From a virus (lineage: Duplodnaviria; Caudoviricetes): a stretch of DNA of 44,019 nucleotides. The position numbers were made by a program, and so were the translations under genes. Positions 26,402 to 36,123 of the stretch are shown in pieces. The notes under the pieces were generated by a model. The model was not told the DNA's origin, made no database searches, and saw only the letters and a list, made by a program, of their open reading frames with translations. The DNA lies in IMG/VR virus record IMGVR_UViG_3300005077_000034, positions 1-44,019 of that record; one strand, given 5' to 3'. The number at the start of each line of letters is the position of its first letter. Position 1 is the stretch's first letter.

Positions 26402-26971
26402 CTACGCGCCATCCTTAGCAGTCAAAGCTTTCCACCAGATCTTTATATGCCAGATAAACTGCCTGGGGCCACCAGCTTCGCGTGCATGAGACTTGGTTGG
26501 ATAAAACACAATCGTTTGTTCACCAAAGGAATCTACCAGGCCAACTCCAATAGCACCGTTCCCTTCGCCAAGCAATCTCTCAGCCCTGGCTCTTACAATA
26601 TTGGCTTTCTCTCTTGACTCATCCCTGGATAACTCGGGGTTTCGCACAAAGAATACTTCTATTTTGACTACGCCCTTCCTCCACCAGTGAATACCGGAAT
26701 AATCTCCACCTACTTCCATAAACGCAAGGTGTGGGATATGCGGATCATCTGGCAAGGCAACCTCGTCGGCCCAGTCATCTCCAAGCTCGTCTGGATCGCC
26801 AATATGAGCCGTAACGGATATGGTGTACCCAACAGGATTCTCTTGCAATTTCCCGCCCTGCACCTTGTTTGCCCTTGTAACGTCAGCTTCAGGAATCTCC
26901 GTAGAGAGCCTCGACGTTAAGCCAGAGACAATAGCGTCTATAATGACGTCGGAAATCGCAGAGTCAGCCAT
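26402..26971 (-). CDS. tail terminator / tail completion protein
   Basis: 189 aa immediately upstream of the tail tube; call is positional. Confidence 0.55.
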   Translation of the reverse strand: MADSAISDVIIDAIVSGLTSRLSTEIPEADVTRANKVQGGKLQENPVGYTISVTAHIGDPDELGDDWADEVALPDDPHIPHLAFMEVGGDYSGIHWWRKGVVKIEVFFVRNPELSRDESREKANIVRARAERLLGEGNGAIGVGLVDSFGEQTIVFYPTKSHAREAGGPRQFIWHIKIWWKALTAKDGA

Positions 26972-27690
26972 TAATTCCTACTCCCCTGGGTAAATACCAT
27001 AGTTCTTTCCTGCCTCGGGAAACTCGCGAGAGCATCTCGATACCGCTTCATCAGCGCATCATGCGCCTGAATTAGCGGATTGTGCAACGGACTCCCAGAG
27101 TCCACTTTGGTTTTGTACTCGTTCAAAACACTGGCGTCTGAGAAGTTTGGAATATTAGACATCGCCAATGTATACAACTGTAAAGCTTCGTGCGCCCACA
27201 AAGGCGGCTCAATGACGCTTGAGTCCACGCCCTCTTCATCCTCAACTACCTCTGTCCAATATCCGTAATACCATACCTTCACAACAGAGCCACTTGCGGG
27301 CGCAATGAAAAGGTCAAGATAGCCACGAGGCCACTCAATATACCCAAACGGCCTTGGCACATTTGGTACGAGGCTTACGCTGGATGCCGCAGAGGTATCC
27401 GTGTCCTCAAGACTCCATTCTGTCCCAGGACGCAAATCCTTTGGCTCTAGCATCCCATCTGCGTCTTCCTGAAATACACCGTATATCTGTAGATAATCGG
27501 CAGGCAGCGCAAATGATCGAGTGCTTCCGTCGCCGGTGAAGGTTGTTGTGCGCAGGGCAGCCGTATGAGTGGCTGCAAAATGCCTTTGCGCCTTATTAAA
27601 CCAAGAAACCAGCGAAGCCTCGGAAAGGTTGGCCGTGTAACCGGCCAACCCTTCAATACTGGAGACTATATCAGTCCAGATAACGCTCAT
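26971..27690 (-). CDS. head-tail adaptor protein
   Basis: Follows the capsid gene; pattern WFNKAQRHF..FALPADY..LFIAP..VWYY..P.WAHEAL..Y resembles adaptor proteins. Confidence 0.65.
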   Translation of the reverse strand: MSVIWTDIVSSIEGLAGYTANLSEASLVSWFNKAQRHFAATHTAALRTTTFTGDGSTRSFALPADYLQIYGVFQEDADGMLEPKDLRPGTEWSLEDTDTSAASSVSLVPNVPRPFGYIEWPRGYLDLFIAPASGSVVKVWYYGYWTEVVEDEEGVDSSVIEPPLWAHEALQLYTLAMSNIPNFSDASVLNEYKTKVDSGSPLHNPLIQAHDALMKRYRDALASFPRQERTMVFTQGSRN

Positions 27691-27705
27691 GGCTCACCTA
27701 AAGGC

Positions 27706-29109
27706 TTATGAACCGCTTGTCGGGTAATTGATGGAGCGAGCCCCAACGACGCGGGTTGAACCAGCCGAGAACGCAATTTCTGCAACCTCTGGGCGGTAGA
27801 AGTTTGCGCCTTCATAGCCGTTCCAGGAGAAGCGGAATACCTGTGCGAAATCATCGACGGGAGGCGGAGCCTTCATAACCGGAGCACGACCAACGCCCAT
27901 CACAACTGCATCCGGGCCGGCCATGAACAGGCTTGCGTGCACGTGGCCACCGATGGTGACGTATGCATAAACGCCAGATTCAAGCTCTGTGCTGAAGTCG
28001 ATCATGATAGGACGATCCAGGGTAAGGCGATTGTCCGTATCATTCACGGCAACGACACGGCGAACGTGCATGGTGCCATCGTTGAAGTCTGCGCCATCGG
28101 TAACGCCATACTCGTCAGTCTTGTCAGAATGAATGGTGATGATCTGGCCGACGGAAATGCCGGAGAGATCGGCGGATTCAAGCTGAATATAGTGCTTGAT
28201 GTCAGAACGCCCAGTTGATGTCTGGCCCACATAGTATGTGCTATCGACCTGCGTGCTGGACGGATCGGGGGCGCCGTCGCCGGCGGTAATCGCGGCGGTC
28301 ACATCAAGCTGCTGAGTGATATTGCCGCAGTTCCAGAGCGTCATGCGCGGGCTGGCAAGATACCGCGTGTTCTTCGCAGTACCGACTTCGTAGCGCAGAG
28401 CCCTGGAGGGATCGGCGTACTTCACGACAGGAATCCAGTCCTCGTTGTCTGTGGTGCCCTGCTGAATGTCGTAGATAACGCCGGGGCTGGTCAAGCACAG
28501 AATGCTGCCGTTATTGCGCATTGGCAGGGAAGGATCCGACGCCATCGGAACGTCACGATAGCTGAAGCCGAGCCACATTTCCTGAGCAAGCTGCCAGGTC
28601 ATTACGTCTGAAGCGGTCAGATCACTGAAATCTGAGCCGCCACCAACGTAATACTGGAACGGAAGATTCAGGAATTTGTTCCGCAGAACGTAGTCATGCA
28701 CGTCGATCATGTGCTGACCGAGGGCTCCCTGGAGAATATTGCGAACGCCACCGCCCTGGTTGTCCTTCCAGTAGGTGATCATGTCGTCATATTCGTGATA
28801 GGCGACCTTACCGCCGTAGCGGGAGAAGCCAATCCGAACCGCGCGAGAATCAACGTAGCTTGCGGGCATCCAGATGTCACGCATGCCCAGCGGGTCGAAA
28901 TTCGCATGGGGATCCATGAGCTGCGTAATTTCCATCGAAGTGGCATTTACGTTGCCCAGGTTGTAGTAATAACGAACCAGACGGTTAAAGATACTATGCT
29001 GTCGAAACATAGTATCAACGATCGGGTGATACCACTTGCGCTGGTTCTTGTCGAGATTCTGAACCGGGGTATCTCCGTAATAAGTATCGAAACCACTTGT
29101 AGCGCCCAT
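27706..29109 (-). CDS. major capsid protein with inserted beta domain
   Basis: 467 aa after portal and scaffold, GAGG RBS; C-terminal DDFAQVFRFSW resembles N4-gp56-type capsid proteins. Confidence 0.75.
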   Translation of the reverse strand: MGATSGFDTYYGDTPVQNLDKNQRKWYHPIVDTMFRQHSIFNRLVRYYYNLGNVNATSMEITQLMDPHANFDPLGMRDIWMPASYVDSRAVRIGFSRYGGKVAYHEYDDMITYWKDNQGGGVRNILQGALGQHMIDVHDYVLRNKFLNLPFQYYVGGGSDFSDLTASDVMTWQLAQEMWLGFSYRDVPMASDPSLPMRNNGSILCLTSPGVIYDIQQGTTDNEDWIPVVKYADPSRALRYEVGTAKNTRYLASPRMTLWNCGNITQQLDVTAAITAGDGAPDPSSTQVDSTYYVGQTSTGRSDIKHYIQLESADLSGISVGQIITIHSDKTDEYGVTDGADFNDGTMHVRRVVAVNDTDNRLTLDRPIMIDFSTELESGVYAYVTIGGHVHASLFMAGPDAVVMGVGRAPVMKAPPPVDDFAQVFRFSWNGYEGANFYRPEVAEIAFSAGSTRVVGARSINYPTSGS

Positions 29110-29139
29110 TTTATTTACCTCAAAATAGAATTAAACTAA

Positions 29140-29901
29140 TCAAACAACACCATACGAATCTACGGAAGATGTCTGGAGCTCACGGTCCATCATGTCCACA
29201 AGGATATTCGTGAGGCGAATTGCCTCGTCAAAATTTCCGGACTGATTTGCCTGGATAATCTTATCCTGCAAAGACTCCGCCGTATCAGCCTGGTTACGCC
29301 CTCCGGACTGGTGTTCGTGCCCGGGAGTGAACCCAGCAGACTGGTCTTGAATATTTTTCGCGCCGGCCTCAGACAAAAGAGAGCGGAAATCGTTCAACGA
29401 CTGAACCAGATCGTCTCCCTCTTTGTCCTTTGGCAAGAGGCCCTTGGATTCATACGAAACCAAATCAGGAAATTGACTCATAATGATCTGGTTCCGCTCA
29501 AGAGCTTTGTTCAAATCTGTTTTCTCAACTTCAAGACCCTGAGACTTCTGCTGCCCTTCTTCGATCTGGCCATTGAGAGTGGTGATCTGGGCCTCGAATT
29601 CCTCGACCCTCTGTCCCATCTCGTCAATCTGGCCCTTAAGCTGCTGCCGCTCGGTATCCCAAGATTTCTCGGACTCCTTGAGATTCTGATAAAGAGGTTG
29701 AAGGTTTTTATACTTCTTTTCCCAATCAACGTTCTTCTCGTTGCCCGCTGTGTTGTCGGTAGATCCACCGGTAGGTGCAGCGGCCGGTTTCTGATCGCCA
29801 GGCTGGCTATCAGTACCGCCGGTTCCATCTGCGGCTGAACCTGCGCCCTCATCTGGGGCATAATAAAAACTACCAAGCGACATACGCATCAGCTTACTCA
29901 T
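29140..29901 (-). CDS. capsid scaffolding protein
   Basis: Low-complexity acidic N-terminus, DWEKKYKNLQ then a long coiled coil; lies between portal and capsid. Confidence 0.75.
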   Translation of the reverse strand: MSKLMRMSLGSFYYAPDEGAGSAADGTGGTDSQPGDQKPAAAPTGGSTDNTAGNEKNVDWEKKYKNLQPLYQNLKESEKSWDTERQQLKGQIDEMGQRVEEFEAQITTLNGQIEEGQQKSQGLEVEKTDLNKALERNQIIMSQFPDLVSYESKGLLPKDKEGDDLVQSLNDFRSLLSEAGAKNIQDQSAGFTPGHEHQSGGRNQADTAESLQDKIIQANQSGNFDEAIRLTNILVDMMDRELQTSSVDSYGVV

Positions 29902-29914
29902 CCTATAGCCTCCA

Positions 29915-31600
29915 TTATTCAACTTCTACTTTTGCCACGGGCTTCTGCTCATCTGTTTCCAGATCGCCCTTTGACTTCTGAGTAGAATTCCCCGTCGGGG
30001 ACGGTGTGTATTTCTGCATAAGAGCAAGCTCCTGCTCTTTTTCAGACATAATTCTGCGAAGCTCTTCTCCCTGGTCCGGAATATCGCCCATCATTTCCAT
30101 GGCGGTCTCTGTGGACAACTGCCCATCCTGATGCCTCAAGATGACCTGGTTCACTTCGCTTTCACGATCTCTCGGCACAATAGCCGCCCATTCCCAATTA
30201 ATCCTGTGCTCAAGATGATCGTCCGTGACCTTCCTTATCTTGCCGTCGGTCTCGCCTTTTATCTTGAGCATCCTTAATGTCATGTTGGCCATCACGCGAA
30301 GGCCTTCTGTCCAAACCGATCTCTCCGCACGAATGTGGCTTGTCAAAGGCCACATTCTAAAAGCAAGAGTAAGGGCAGACCTTTGCGATCCCTCATCTTC
30401 ACCATAAGCAACGCCAGGTGTAAACATGGCGTGCCACGCCTGCTTTTCAAGGAAGTTCAGAAAATCACCTGTCCCAGCAGGCAAACCGGCGACGGGGGCC
30501 ACATCAATCCTCTTGGGCTGGCTTCCTGGAATTTCACGGCCAGTAGAAAGAATAGAAATGCCGTCACCAAGATTTTTGTACTGAATATCGCCAACGTCAC
30601 AGTTGGATACAACATAAATCCGCTCAATTGAGTTCCGGACAGCATCACCAATATCTGCCGCGCGCCCATTGATCTCCCTTAAAAGTGCAGACGCCTGATA
30701 CACAATCGGGACACCATAAAACTGCCCAACGGTCTCATGCGGAAGATACACAAACGGCACAAAACCAAACCCATGCCTCACAGATAGGGCAACCCTCACG
30801 TTTGTCTTGGGATGGCGATAAAAGGCCGGTTTTCCATCTACGGTAACTTCTACTTTGTCCCTATCCCATTTCTCCAAATAGAGAACGCGGTCTGCGGATG
30901 AGTCAATCCCGTAAATCTCACGAGCCTCATACCTGCTGATTACACGTCCAAGCCTTGCCCCAAGAAGATAAAACCTGTCCTGTGTTGAATAGATCGGCAA
31001 GAAAAATTCTGGTTCAATTGGCCGCCAGGCAATTGGCATATCTCTGTTGAGAGCATCGTTATATGGCTCCCATGAGATCTTCCAAACGCATCCGCCAAGA
31101 ACCTGGGAAACAAATGCGTTCTCTTGCATGGCGGACCTGCTATTGCTCTGATACATGACGGATTCCAGGATCTCATCAACCTCAGCAGCAAGAGCCCTTC
31201 CCATCTTTCTTTTACCACTTTCCTTATAATCTCCCCCGGGGGACACCTTTTCGTCCAGGTCTGCAAGGTACTTCGGAGCAGTTACAGGTTTAACGAGAGG
31301 AGCTCCGCTGTCCGGAACCTCTCCGAACAATGCGTACTTATGGATAAGCGCCGCTGTATATACAGGATTAATCTGAATGGGGAATATAAGGGGCTTCGGC
31401 TCATCTTTCTTTGTTACGGCATATTTATCAATTTCCTGCCAAACGGTTCCATCAGCCCACTGCCAATATTCTCCATAAAGACGAATAGCCTCCTGCCATG
31501 GAGCCACAACAGGATGCGAGAGACCTTCGATCATCTCTGCATAAGAGAGTAAAACCTGAGAGTCTTTTCCAAGACGTTGAAAATTTGTTTTGCTCGCCAT
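29915..31600 (-). CDS. portal protein
   Basis: About 560 aa directly downstream of the terminase; HGFGFVPFVYLPH, SALTL and LSTETAMEMM are SPP1-like portal features. Confidence 0.85.
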   Translation of the reverse strand: MASKTNFQRLGKDSQVLLSYAEMIEGLSHPVVAPWQEAIRLYGEYWQWADGTVWQEIDKYAVTKKDEPKPLIFPIQINPVYTAALIHKYALFGEVPDSGAPLVKPVTAPKYLADLDEKVSPGGDYKESGKRKMGRALAAEVDEILESVMYQSNSRSAMQENAFVSQVLGGCVWKISWEPYNDALNRDMPIAWRPIEPEFFLPIYSTQDRFYLLGARLGRVISRYEAREIYGIDSSADRVLYLEKWDRDKVEVTVDGKPAFYRHPKTNVRVALSVRHGFGFVPFVYLPHETVGQFYGVPIVYQASALLREINGRAADIGDAVRNSIERIYVVSNCDVGDIQYKNLGDGISILSTGREIPGSQPKRIDVAPVAGLPAGTGDFLNFLEKQAWHAMFTPGVAYGEDEGSQRSALTLAFRMWPLTSHIRAERSVWTEGLRVMANMTLRMLKIKGETDGKIRKVTDDHLEHRINWEWAAIVPRDRESEVNQVILRHQDGQLSTETAMEMMGDIPDQGEELRRIMSEKEQELALMQKYTPSPTGNSTQKSKGDLETDEQKPVAKVEVE

Positions 31601-31620
31601 CCGCACTCAACCTGTGTGGT

Positions 31621-31648
31621 GTGAATATACGTTCACATCTTTATTATA
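31621..31648 (-). promoter_or_regulatory. -10 box (TATAAT) upstream of portal with GTGAAT-N4-GTTCAC operator-like box
   Basis: Minus-strand TATAAT at 31643-31648; palindromic box at 31621-31636. Confidence 0.55.
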
Positions 31649-31767
31649 GAGCATTATCGTTATTATTTCCACTTAGCTATCTAATGCGTCTGTATCTTCT
31701 GTTGACGCCTACGCTATCAATATGGCTACGTATGGTGACGCCGCGATCATCCTGTACATAAGTAAAA

Positions 31768-33324
31768 CTATCTACGGGAACTTCGTTGATAGCGGCCACC
31801 CATTTTACGAGCATAGCGACCAAAGCCATCATCGCGCCCGAGGCCATTGTCTTCATCGTCTTCTTTGTTTTGATCCACATAATAGAATTTCCTCAAATAT
31901 CCAGACGCCATCTGTAGCATAGAGACAATATCCTGCGGTATTCCCGTATCAGGAAGTTTATAATTTCCAAGTTGCGCCCTGATACCAGAAAGGTCAGGCA
32001 GCTTTATAAGCTCTTTGTCCATAAACAGCTTAAGGGCAGTATTAAAGGCCATCTTCATGCCGGCGAGGTTCATGCCGACAACGGGAAGACCGTCTCTCTC
32101 AAATACGAGCTCATCCATCATTTTCTGCGTGCCGGTTGAGTCAAAGGCGAGGTCTGTGGATTTATACGTCGCAGCGTATTGCCACATCTGAGATACAAAT
32201 GGCTGATAGGATCCGCGACCGAAACCCCACCAGAACGCACGCATTACAGCAGGGCCCTTCGGAAAATCCGTTATATCAAACACTCCAATAGACGGGGCAT
32301 TTCTGTAGGGAGGATTTCCCTGGCCAGGATCCCCTATAACCATATAGATACGATCTTTGTCAGCCGGCAGTTCCCAATTCCACACGCCAACTTTATCTGC
32401 TTCACGAAGAGCGTATCCCTCCAAATCTTTTTCTATAGCCTCTTTGGTAATTGAAACAAGGGATTCGTCCAGGCACTTCTCTATCATCTCTGCGCTGAAC
32501 TGATCTCCGATACCCTTTGGGCGATGCCCTTTAAGCCAACGATCTCTGTCTTCCTTTGATGTAATCTTTCCCTCTAATTTGCGTATCTGATCGCCGGTAA
32601 GATTCTCGTTATCGTATGTACTGAGAAGTTTCCCCCAATAATAATTCGGCTCCTTATCTGCCATATCGAGGCGCCACCACATATATGGGTTTTCCCAGGC
32701 GTTCGATGACATAGAAAAGCGAGCTTCTCTTGGGCGTTCTTCCCACTGCTTTTTATTCCAGAGATTTTTATGGCGCAAAGTCCCCCGAAGACGAGAGGCA
32801 AGATTTCTGGAAAGATCTTCAAGATCCTGTATAAGACCACATTCATCAATATGAATAGCGTCCCCTTCCCAGGACAGAATCTTGTCACCCTGTTTGTCGG
32901 CAGACATAAATTCCATCGTTGACTCGCCGACGTAATCATTCGCGATAACAATCTTCGGGTATGGACGCTCTACCATCTTAACAACCATAAAATCGCTCAT
33001 ACGAGTTCCGATTAAAGTTTGTTTGATAGAACTCCACATTTGCTTTGACTGCCATGCGACAGGGGCTACGTTCAAGAACTTATAATAAGGAATAGTTGCG
33101 CATCGCACGAGGTAAGAAATACCAAATGCGACTGTCTTTCCGCATCCGAAACCGCCGATAGCAGTCAAATCCCCCTGGGGAGCATGATGCATATCAAGCT
33201 GCCACGGAGTAGCAATTCTATTATCAAAAAGCCAGCCATTTAGCCAATAGTCGGTAAACCATCGAGCGTCCGTCCAGGCACGCTCGATGATAACCCTCTC
33301 GGCATCAGACAGTTCATAAGCCAT
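31768..33324 (-). CDS. terL: terminase large subunit
   Basis: Walker A GGFGCGKT, Walker B IHIDE, RNase H-like acidic motifs IGDPG, FDSTG and QDIV. Confidence 0.92.
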   Translation of the reverse strand: MAYELSDAERVIIERAWTDARWFTDYWLNGWLFDNRIATPWQLDMHHAPQGDLTAIGGFGCGKTVAFGISYLVRCATIPYYKFLNVAPVAWQSKQMWSSIKQTLIGTRMSDFMVVKMVERPYPKIVIANDYVGESTMEFMSADKQGDKILSWEGDAIHIDECGLIQDLEDLSRNLASRLRGTLRHKNLWNKKQWEERPREARFSMSSNAWENPYMWWRLDMADKEPNYYWGKLLSTYDNENLTGDQIRKLEGKITSKEDRDRWLKGHRPKGIGDQFSAEMIEKCLDESLVSITKEAIEKDLEGYALREADKVGVWNWELPADKDRIYMVIGDPGQGNPPYRNAPSIGVFDITDFPKGPAVMRAFWWGFGRGSYQPFVSQMWQYAATYKSTDLAFDSTGTQKMMDELVFERDGLPVVGMNLAGMKMAFNTALKLFMDKELIKLPDLSGIRAQLGNYKLPDTGIPQDIVSMLQMASGYLRKFYYVDQNKEDDEDNGLGRDDGFGRYARKMGGRYQRSSRR

Positions 33325-33349
33325 TTAACACCACCAAAACGCCCAGAAA

Positions 33350-33553
33350 TCACCCACCAACACTTGTGCTTCCGTACATTGTGCTGAGCCCCGGCTGCGG
33401 AACTTCAATGAATATAAAGTCTTTGTTGCTCTTTATGGCCTTCCATCGGTGCCCGCATGCATCGAAAAACCGCGGCTTATTTTTTATGCGAATGTACGCC
33501 ACCAAAACATCGTCGTACAAATCGTCTCCCTTAACCAATCGCAACCTGTCCAT
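33350..33553 (-). CDS. hypothetical protein
   Basis: GGAGG RBS before ATG at 33553; lies in the operon upstream of terL. Confidence 0.5.
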   Translation of the reverse strand: MDRLRLVKGDDLYDDVLVAYIRIKNKPRFFDACGHRWKAIKSNKDFIFIEVPQPGLSTMYGSTSVGG

Positions 33554-33666
33554 CACATCCTCCAATTATTTTCGTCATCTACTATGTGAGACAGAACGAA
33601 AAACATCCCTGCGCCAATGATGAAGCTGCTAACGATAATGACCCATACTGGTGGCATAGTGTTCCC

Positions 33667-33897
33667 TCAATCGTATGGAGTAAAAGACTCTGGGCTTTCT
33701 GGCGTTCTTCGAATTCTTTTCAGAGCGCCGGTCCACCCATTTCCTTCATATCGAACGGGCGGCATTTCTTTCTGGCCTCCGAAATACCGCTCCATCTTCC
33801 CGCCGCAAATAGGGCATTTCGTTGGATGCGGCACTTTCAACGAATGCTGAAACTCAATCTCTCCACAATTCTCACACAGAAAATCATAAGTGGGCAT
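33667..33897 (-). CDS. FmdB-family zinc ribbon protein
   Basis: MPTYDFLCENCG..CPICGG..V.Y.G.GW signature. Confidence 0.8.
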   Translation of the reverse strand: MPTYDFLCENCGEIEFQHSLKVPHPTKCPICGGKMERYFGGQKEMPPVRYEGNGWTGALKRIRRTPESPESFTPYD

Positions 33898-34153
33898 AAT
33901 GTTCATCACCAATTTCAAGAATGTTGTATCTTCGGCTTTCAATGCAAAAACTTCCGTCGCCCTGATCGACAATCATGGAATCAGGGATATACACGAGAGA
34001 AACGTCGACGTTATCTTTTAGAGTGTCAACAAGTGTCACTCTGTGATTAACGAGCACGCCGTCCCCAGCGCTCATGGCGGACGTCTGCTGACAGAGGCGT
34101 CCGGCGTCATCAAGACTCTCACTTATAACCACCCAGGACGACTTACCCGTCAT
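33884..34153 (-). CDS. hypothetical protein
   Basis: ATGA-coupled to the upstream gene, GGAGG RBS. Confidence 0.6.
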   Translation of the reverse strand: MTGKSSWVVISESLDDAGRLCQQTSAMSAGDGVLVNHRVTLVDTLKDNVDVSLVYIPDSMIVDQGDGSFCIESRRYNILEIGDEHYAHL

Positions 34154-34434
34154 GATCGCGTCCTCCACTTCAGCGGAGCAACCTTTTCAGCAACCATAAC
34201 CTCTTCATACTTCAAAGTGAACGTTTGTTCATCACACACCGACGTTCCCTTGACTGGATGCATGATGATCCAGTCCCCTGCCTCTCCGCGCTCGAATCCA
34301 TTTGTCGTTGCAATCTCAAACGGAAACGGCACTTTGCAAGCCCTGATCGGAACCGTCCGCTTTTCACGCACAGGAATCACGGGGGCCTTGAAGAGCTTGT
34401 TCTCATCTATGAATAGATACTTTTTCGCTTCCAT
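34150..34434 (-). CDS. PGDYG-like small phage protein
   Basis: F.IATTNG...GEAGDWII..G...CD..TF...YE pattern common in phage hypotheticals. Confidence 0.6.
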   Translation of the reverse strand: MEAKKYLFIDENKLFKAPVIPVREKRTVPIRACKVPFPFEIATTNGFERGEAGDWIIMHPVKGTSVCDEQTFTLKYEEVMVAEKVAPLKWRTRS

Positions 34435-34747
34435 CTAAAGCAACTCCATCAAGCATCAGGTCATCCACGTCAATGAAAAGCACTATGTTTATTTTTTCCG
34501 ACACACGATCAACTGGTTCAATCTTGACGGCTCTAATTCCATCGACGGTCACGCCATTAATTCGCGTGATCCATTTTTGCTCGCCAGTTCTTACGTTCTC
34601 CGCCAGATGAATGCTTACCTGGTTTCGCTTATCAAATCCCTTCAGGGATCTCCGCACCTTCCCGTAAGATTCGACGGCAAGCAGGATCATCCAAAAAGAA
34701 GAAAGTGCCAGCGCTGCCAATGTCAACACATCCATTGGCGTTTTCAT
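34403..34747 (-). CDS. hypothetical protein with N-terminal membrane helix
   Basis: Hydrophobic N-terminus; overlaps both neighbours. Confidence 0.6.
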   Translation of the reverse strand: MKTPMDVLTLAALALSSFWMILLAVESYGKVRRSLKGFDKRNQVSIHLAENVRTGEQKWITRINGVTVDGIRAVKIEPVDRVSEKINIVLFIDVDDLMLDGVALDGSEKVSIHR

Positions 34748-35220
34748 CGCATATCCTCATCGACGTCGAAATATTTGATAAGCTCTTTCATGAAGTCCAC
34801 ATTATCCTGCATGAACCGGACTGCCGAGAAAGCGATAGCATCGATTACTCCCTCTTCGATTTCCTGGCCGGCTTGCTGCTCAATAATATGAAGCAGCTCA
34901 TGAACGAGTGTGGTGAACTTTTGTTCACAGGAAAGCTCACGACAGATCTCGATGATCTGCATCTTATGATCCACACGACCATAAAGCTCATCGCCATCTT
35001 CGCTCTTGAGATCCTCAACTTCTTTTACGAAAATTTCGAGCGGGCCGACTGTCAAGAAGAATGGAGCCATCCATTTCCCGCCAGCATATTTTTTATCCAT
35101 GCCGACCCCAGAATAAACATGGTTCGGCCACCGCAAATGTGCGTACTCACGATCCTGGATCCCGCGAATAAGATCATCCACCGGAACGCCACCATCGCTC
35201 GCCCTGTATTCTTTTGCCAT
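34744..35220 (-). CDS. HExxH zinc metallopeptidase-like protein (ImmA/IrrE-like)
   Basis: LYGRVD..I.I...L......TLVHELLH..EE motif; start chosen at the ATG with GGAGG, downstream of the predicted promoter. Confidence 0.65.
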   Translation of the reverse strand: MAKEYRASDGGVPVDDLIRGIQDREYAHLRWPNHVYSGVGMDKKYAGGKWMAPFFLTVGPLEIFVKEVEDLKSEDGDELYGRVDHKMQIIEICRELSCEQKFTTLVHELLHIIEQQAGQEIEEGVIDAIAFSAVRFMQDNVDFMKELIKYFDVDEDMR

Positions 35221-35339
35221 GTCAACTGCCTCCATATTGGGTGTGGTATAAGCCTCCTGGAGTGGATGAAGGTGAGGTTCGCCGTGGGAGCTAACGCCAG
35301 TTAACTTTTCCGCATGACCCCGGAGGCACAAGGTCAACG

Positions 35340-35396
35340 ACGAACCTCTGTCCACACCTATTTTGATTATAGCATACCCCGTGAATATTTGTTCAC
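35340..35396 (-). promoter_or_regulatory. leftward late-operon promoter (TGcTATAAT) flanked by GAAC-N4-GTTC-type boxes
   Basis: Minus-strand TGCTATAAT at 35366-35374; gtgaat-attt-gttcac at 35381-35396; degenerate acgaac-ctct-gtccac at 35340-35355. Confidence 0.6.
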
Positions 35397-35511
35397 ATGG
35401 CAACCACCAGCATCCCCGATGGGGCTTTCAACCCCAAAAAATTTTTGAGAATAGGGAACACTCCCCATGCCGCGGCCAGGGTATGCACTCTATTATATGA
35501 ACGTTCGTTCA

Positions 35512-35525
35512 CTCCCCCGGGGGAG
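35512..35525. repeat. CTCCCCCGGGGGAG palindrome, intergenic
   Basis: Exact copy abutting TGAAC-gttc-GTTCA at 35498-35511. Confidence 0.9.
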
Positions 35526-35662
35526 AAGCGTTGTGATGTGTGTGGAGATGATATGTGAGCGGAGGTGGGGAAGAAAGTGAACCCACCCCCCTCCTCTCCT
35601 GTCGTCCGCACATATCAGGGGCGCTGACGACAGATAGGCCCCGCCCCAGGGCCGGAGCTAAC

Positions 35663-35851
35663 ATGTTGTCCACACTCGAAAGCCTGCGGCTGGAAGGCCG
35701 CACCCCCGAGGTCTATCGGGGGGAGCTCGTCCGGATCGTGTCAGCCCGCACGGGCTGGCAAGAATCCATGGTGAAGACAATGACAACGGGGGCGCTGGAG
35801 GAGATGGTAAAGCGCCTTGAGCCGGCGGCGCACAACCCGCTGGCCCAGTAG
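35663..35851 (+). CDS. hypothetical protein (62 aa)
   Basis: GGAG RBS before ATG at 35663; first rightward ORF. Confidence 0.5.
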   Translation: MLSTLESLRLEGRTPEVYRGELVRIVSARTGWQESMVKTMTTGALEEMVKRLEPAAHNPLAQ

Positions 35852-35852
35852 C

Positions 35853-35903
35853 CCCAGACGTGGTTCCAGGATCACCACGTAAAACACCTGGATGATCCAT
35901 CAG
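35853..35903 (+). ncRNA. putative pseudoknot RNA element, copy 1
   Basis: ACGTGGT/ACCACGT stem; loop TCCAGG is complementary to downstream CCTGGA. Confidence 0.55.
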
Positions 35904-36021
35904 GGATCATGAGCCCTGGGGTTCGTGGTCCCTGACGGGTCAGGAATTCGCCCGATCACGACATATATACGGTATCTTGTGCAGCGCCGCCGCCACCATG
36001 TAGGTGGCCTACTGGCACATT

Positions 36022-36035
36022 CTCCCCCGGGGGAG
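36022..36035. repeat. CTCCCCCGGGGGAG palindrome, intergenic
   Basis: Exact copy inside the longer imperfect inverted repeat GGCACA..TGTGCC. Confidence 0.9.
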
Positions 36036-36123
36036 TGTGCCGGTGGAGCATCTACATATCGGTAGATGACTATATGCCCCAAAAGGGCACACACCCTAGA
36101 TGGGTGGAAAGGACAAGAAAGAG

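Noticed and set aside
35221-35403. N-terminal extension of the HExxH gene
   Set aside because: It spans the predicted promoter and operator boxes; the ATG at 35220 has a better RBS.
35853-35910. Pistol or hammerhead ribozyme call
   Set aside because: Pistol P2 and cleavage-site elements are not found; the reverse strand has CTGATGG, not the hammerhead CUGANGA..GAAA core.
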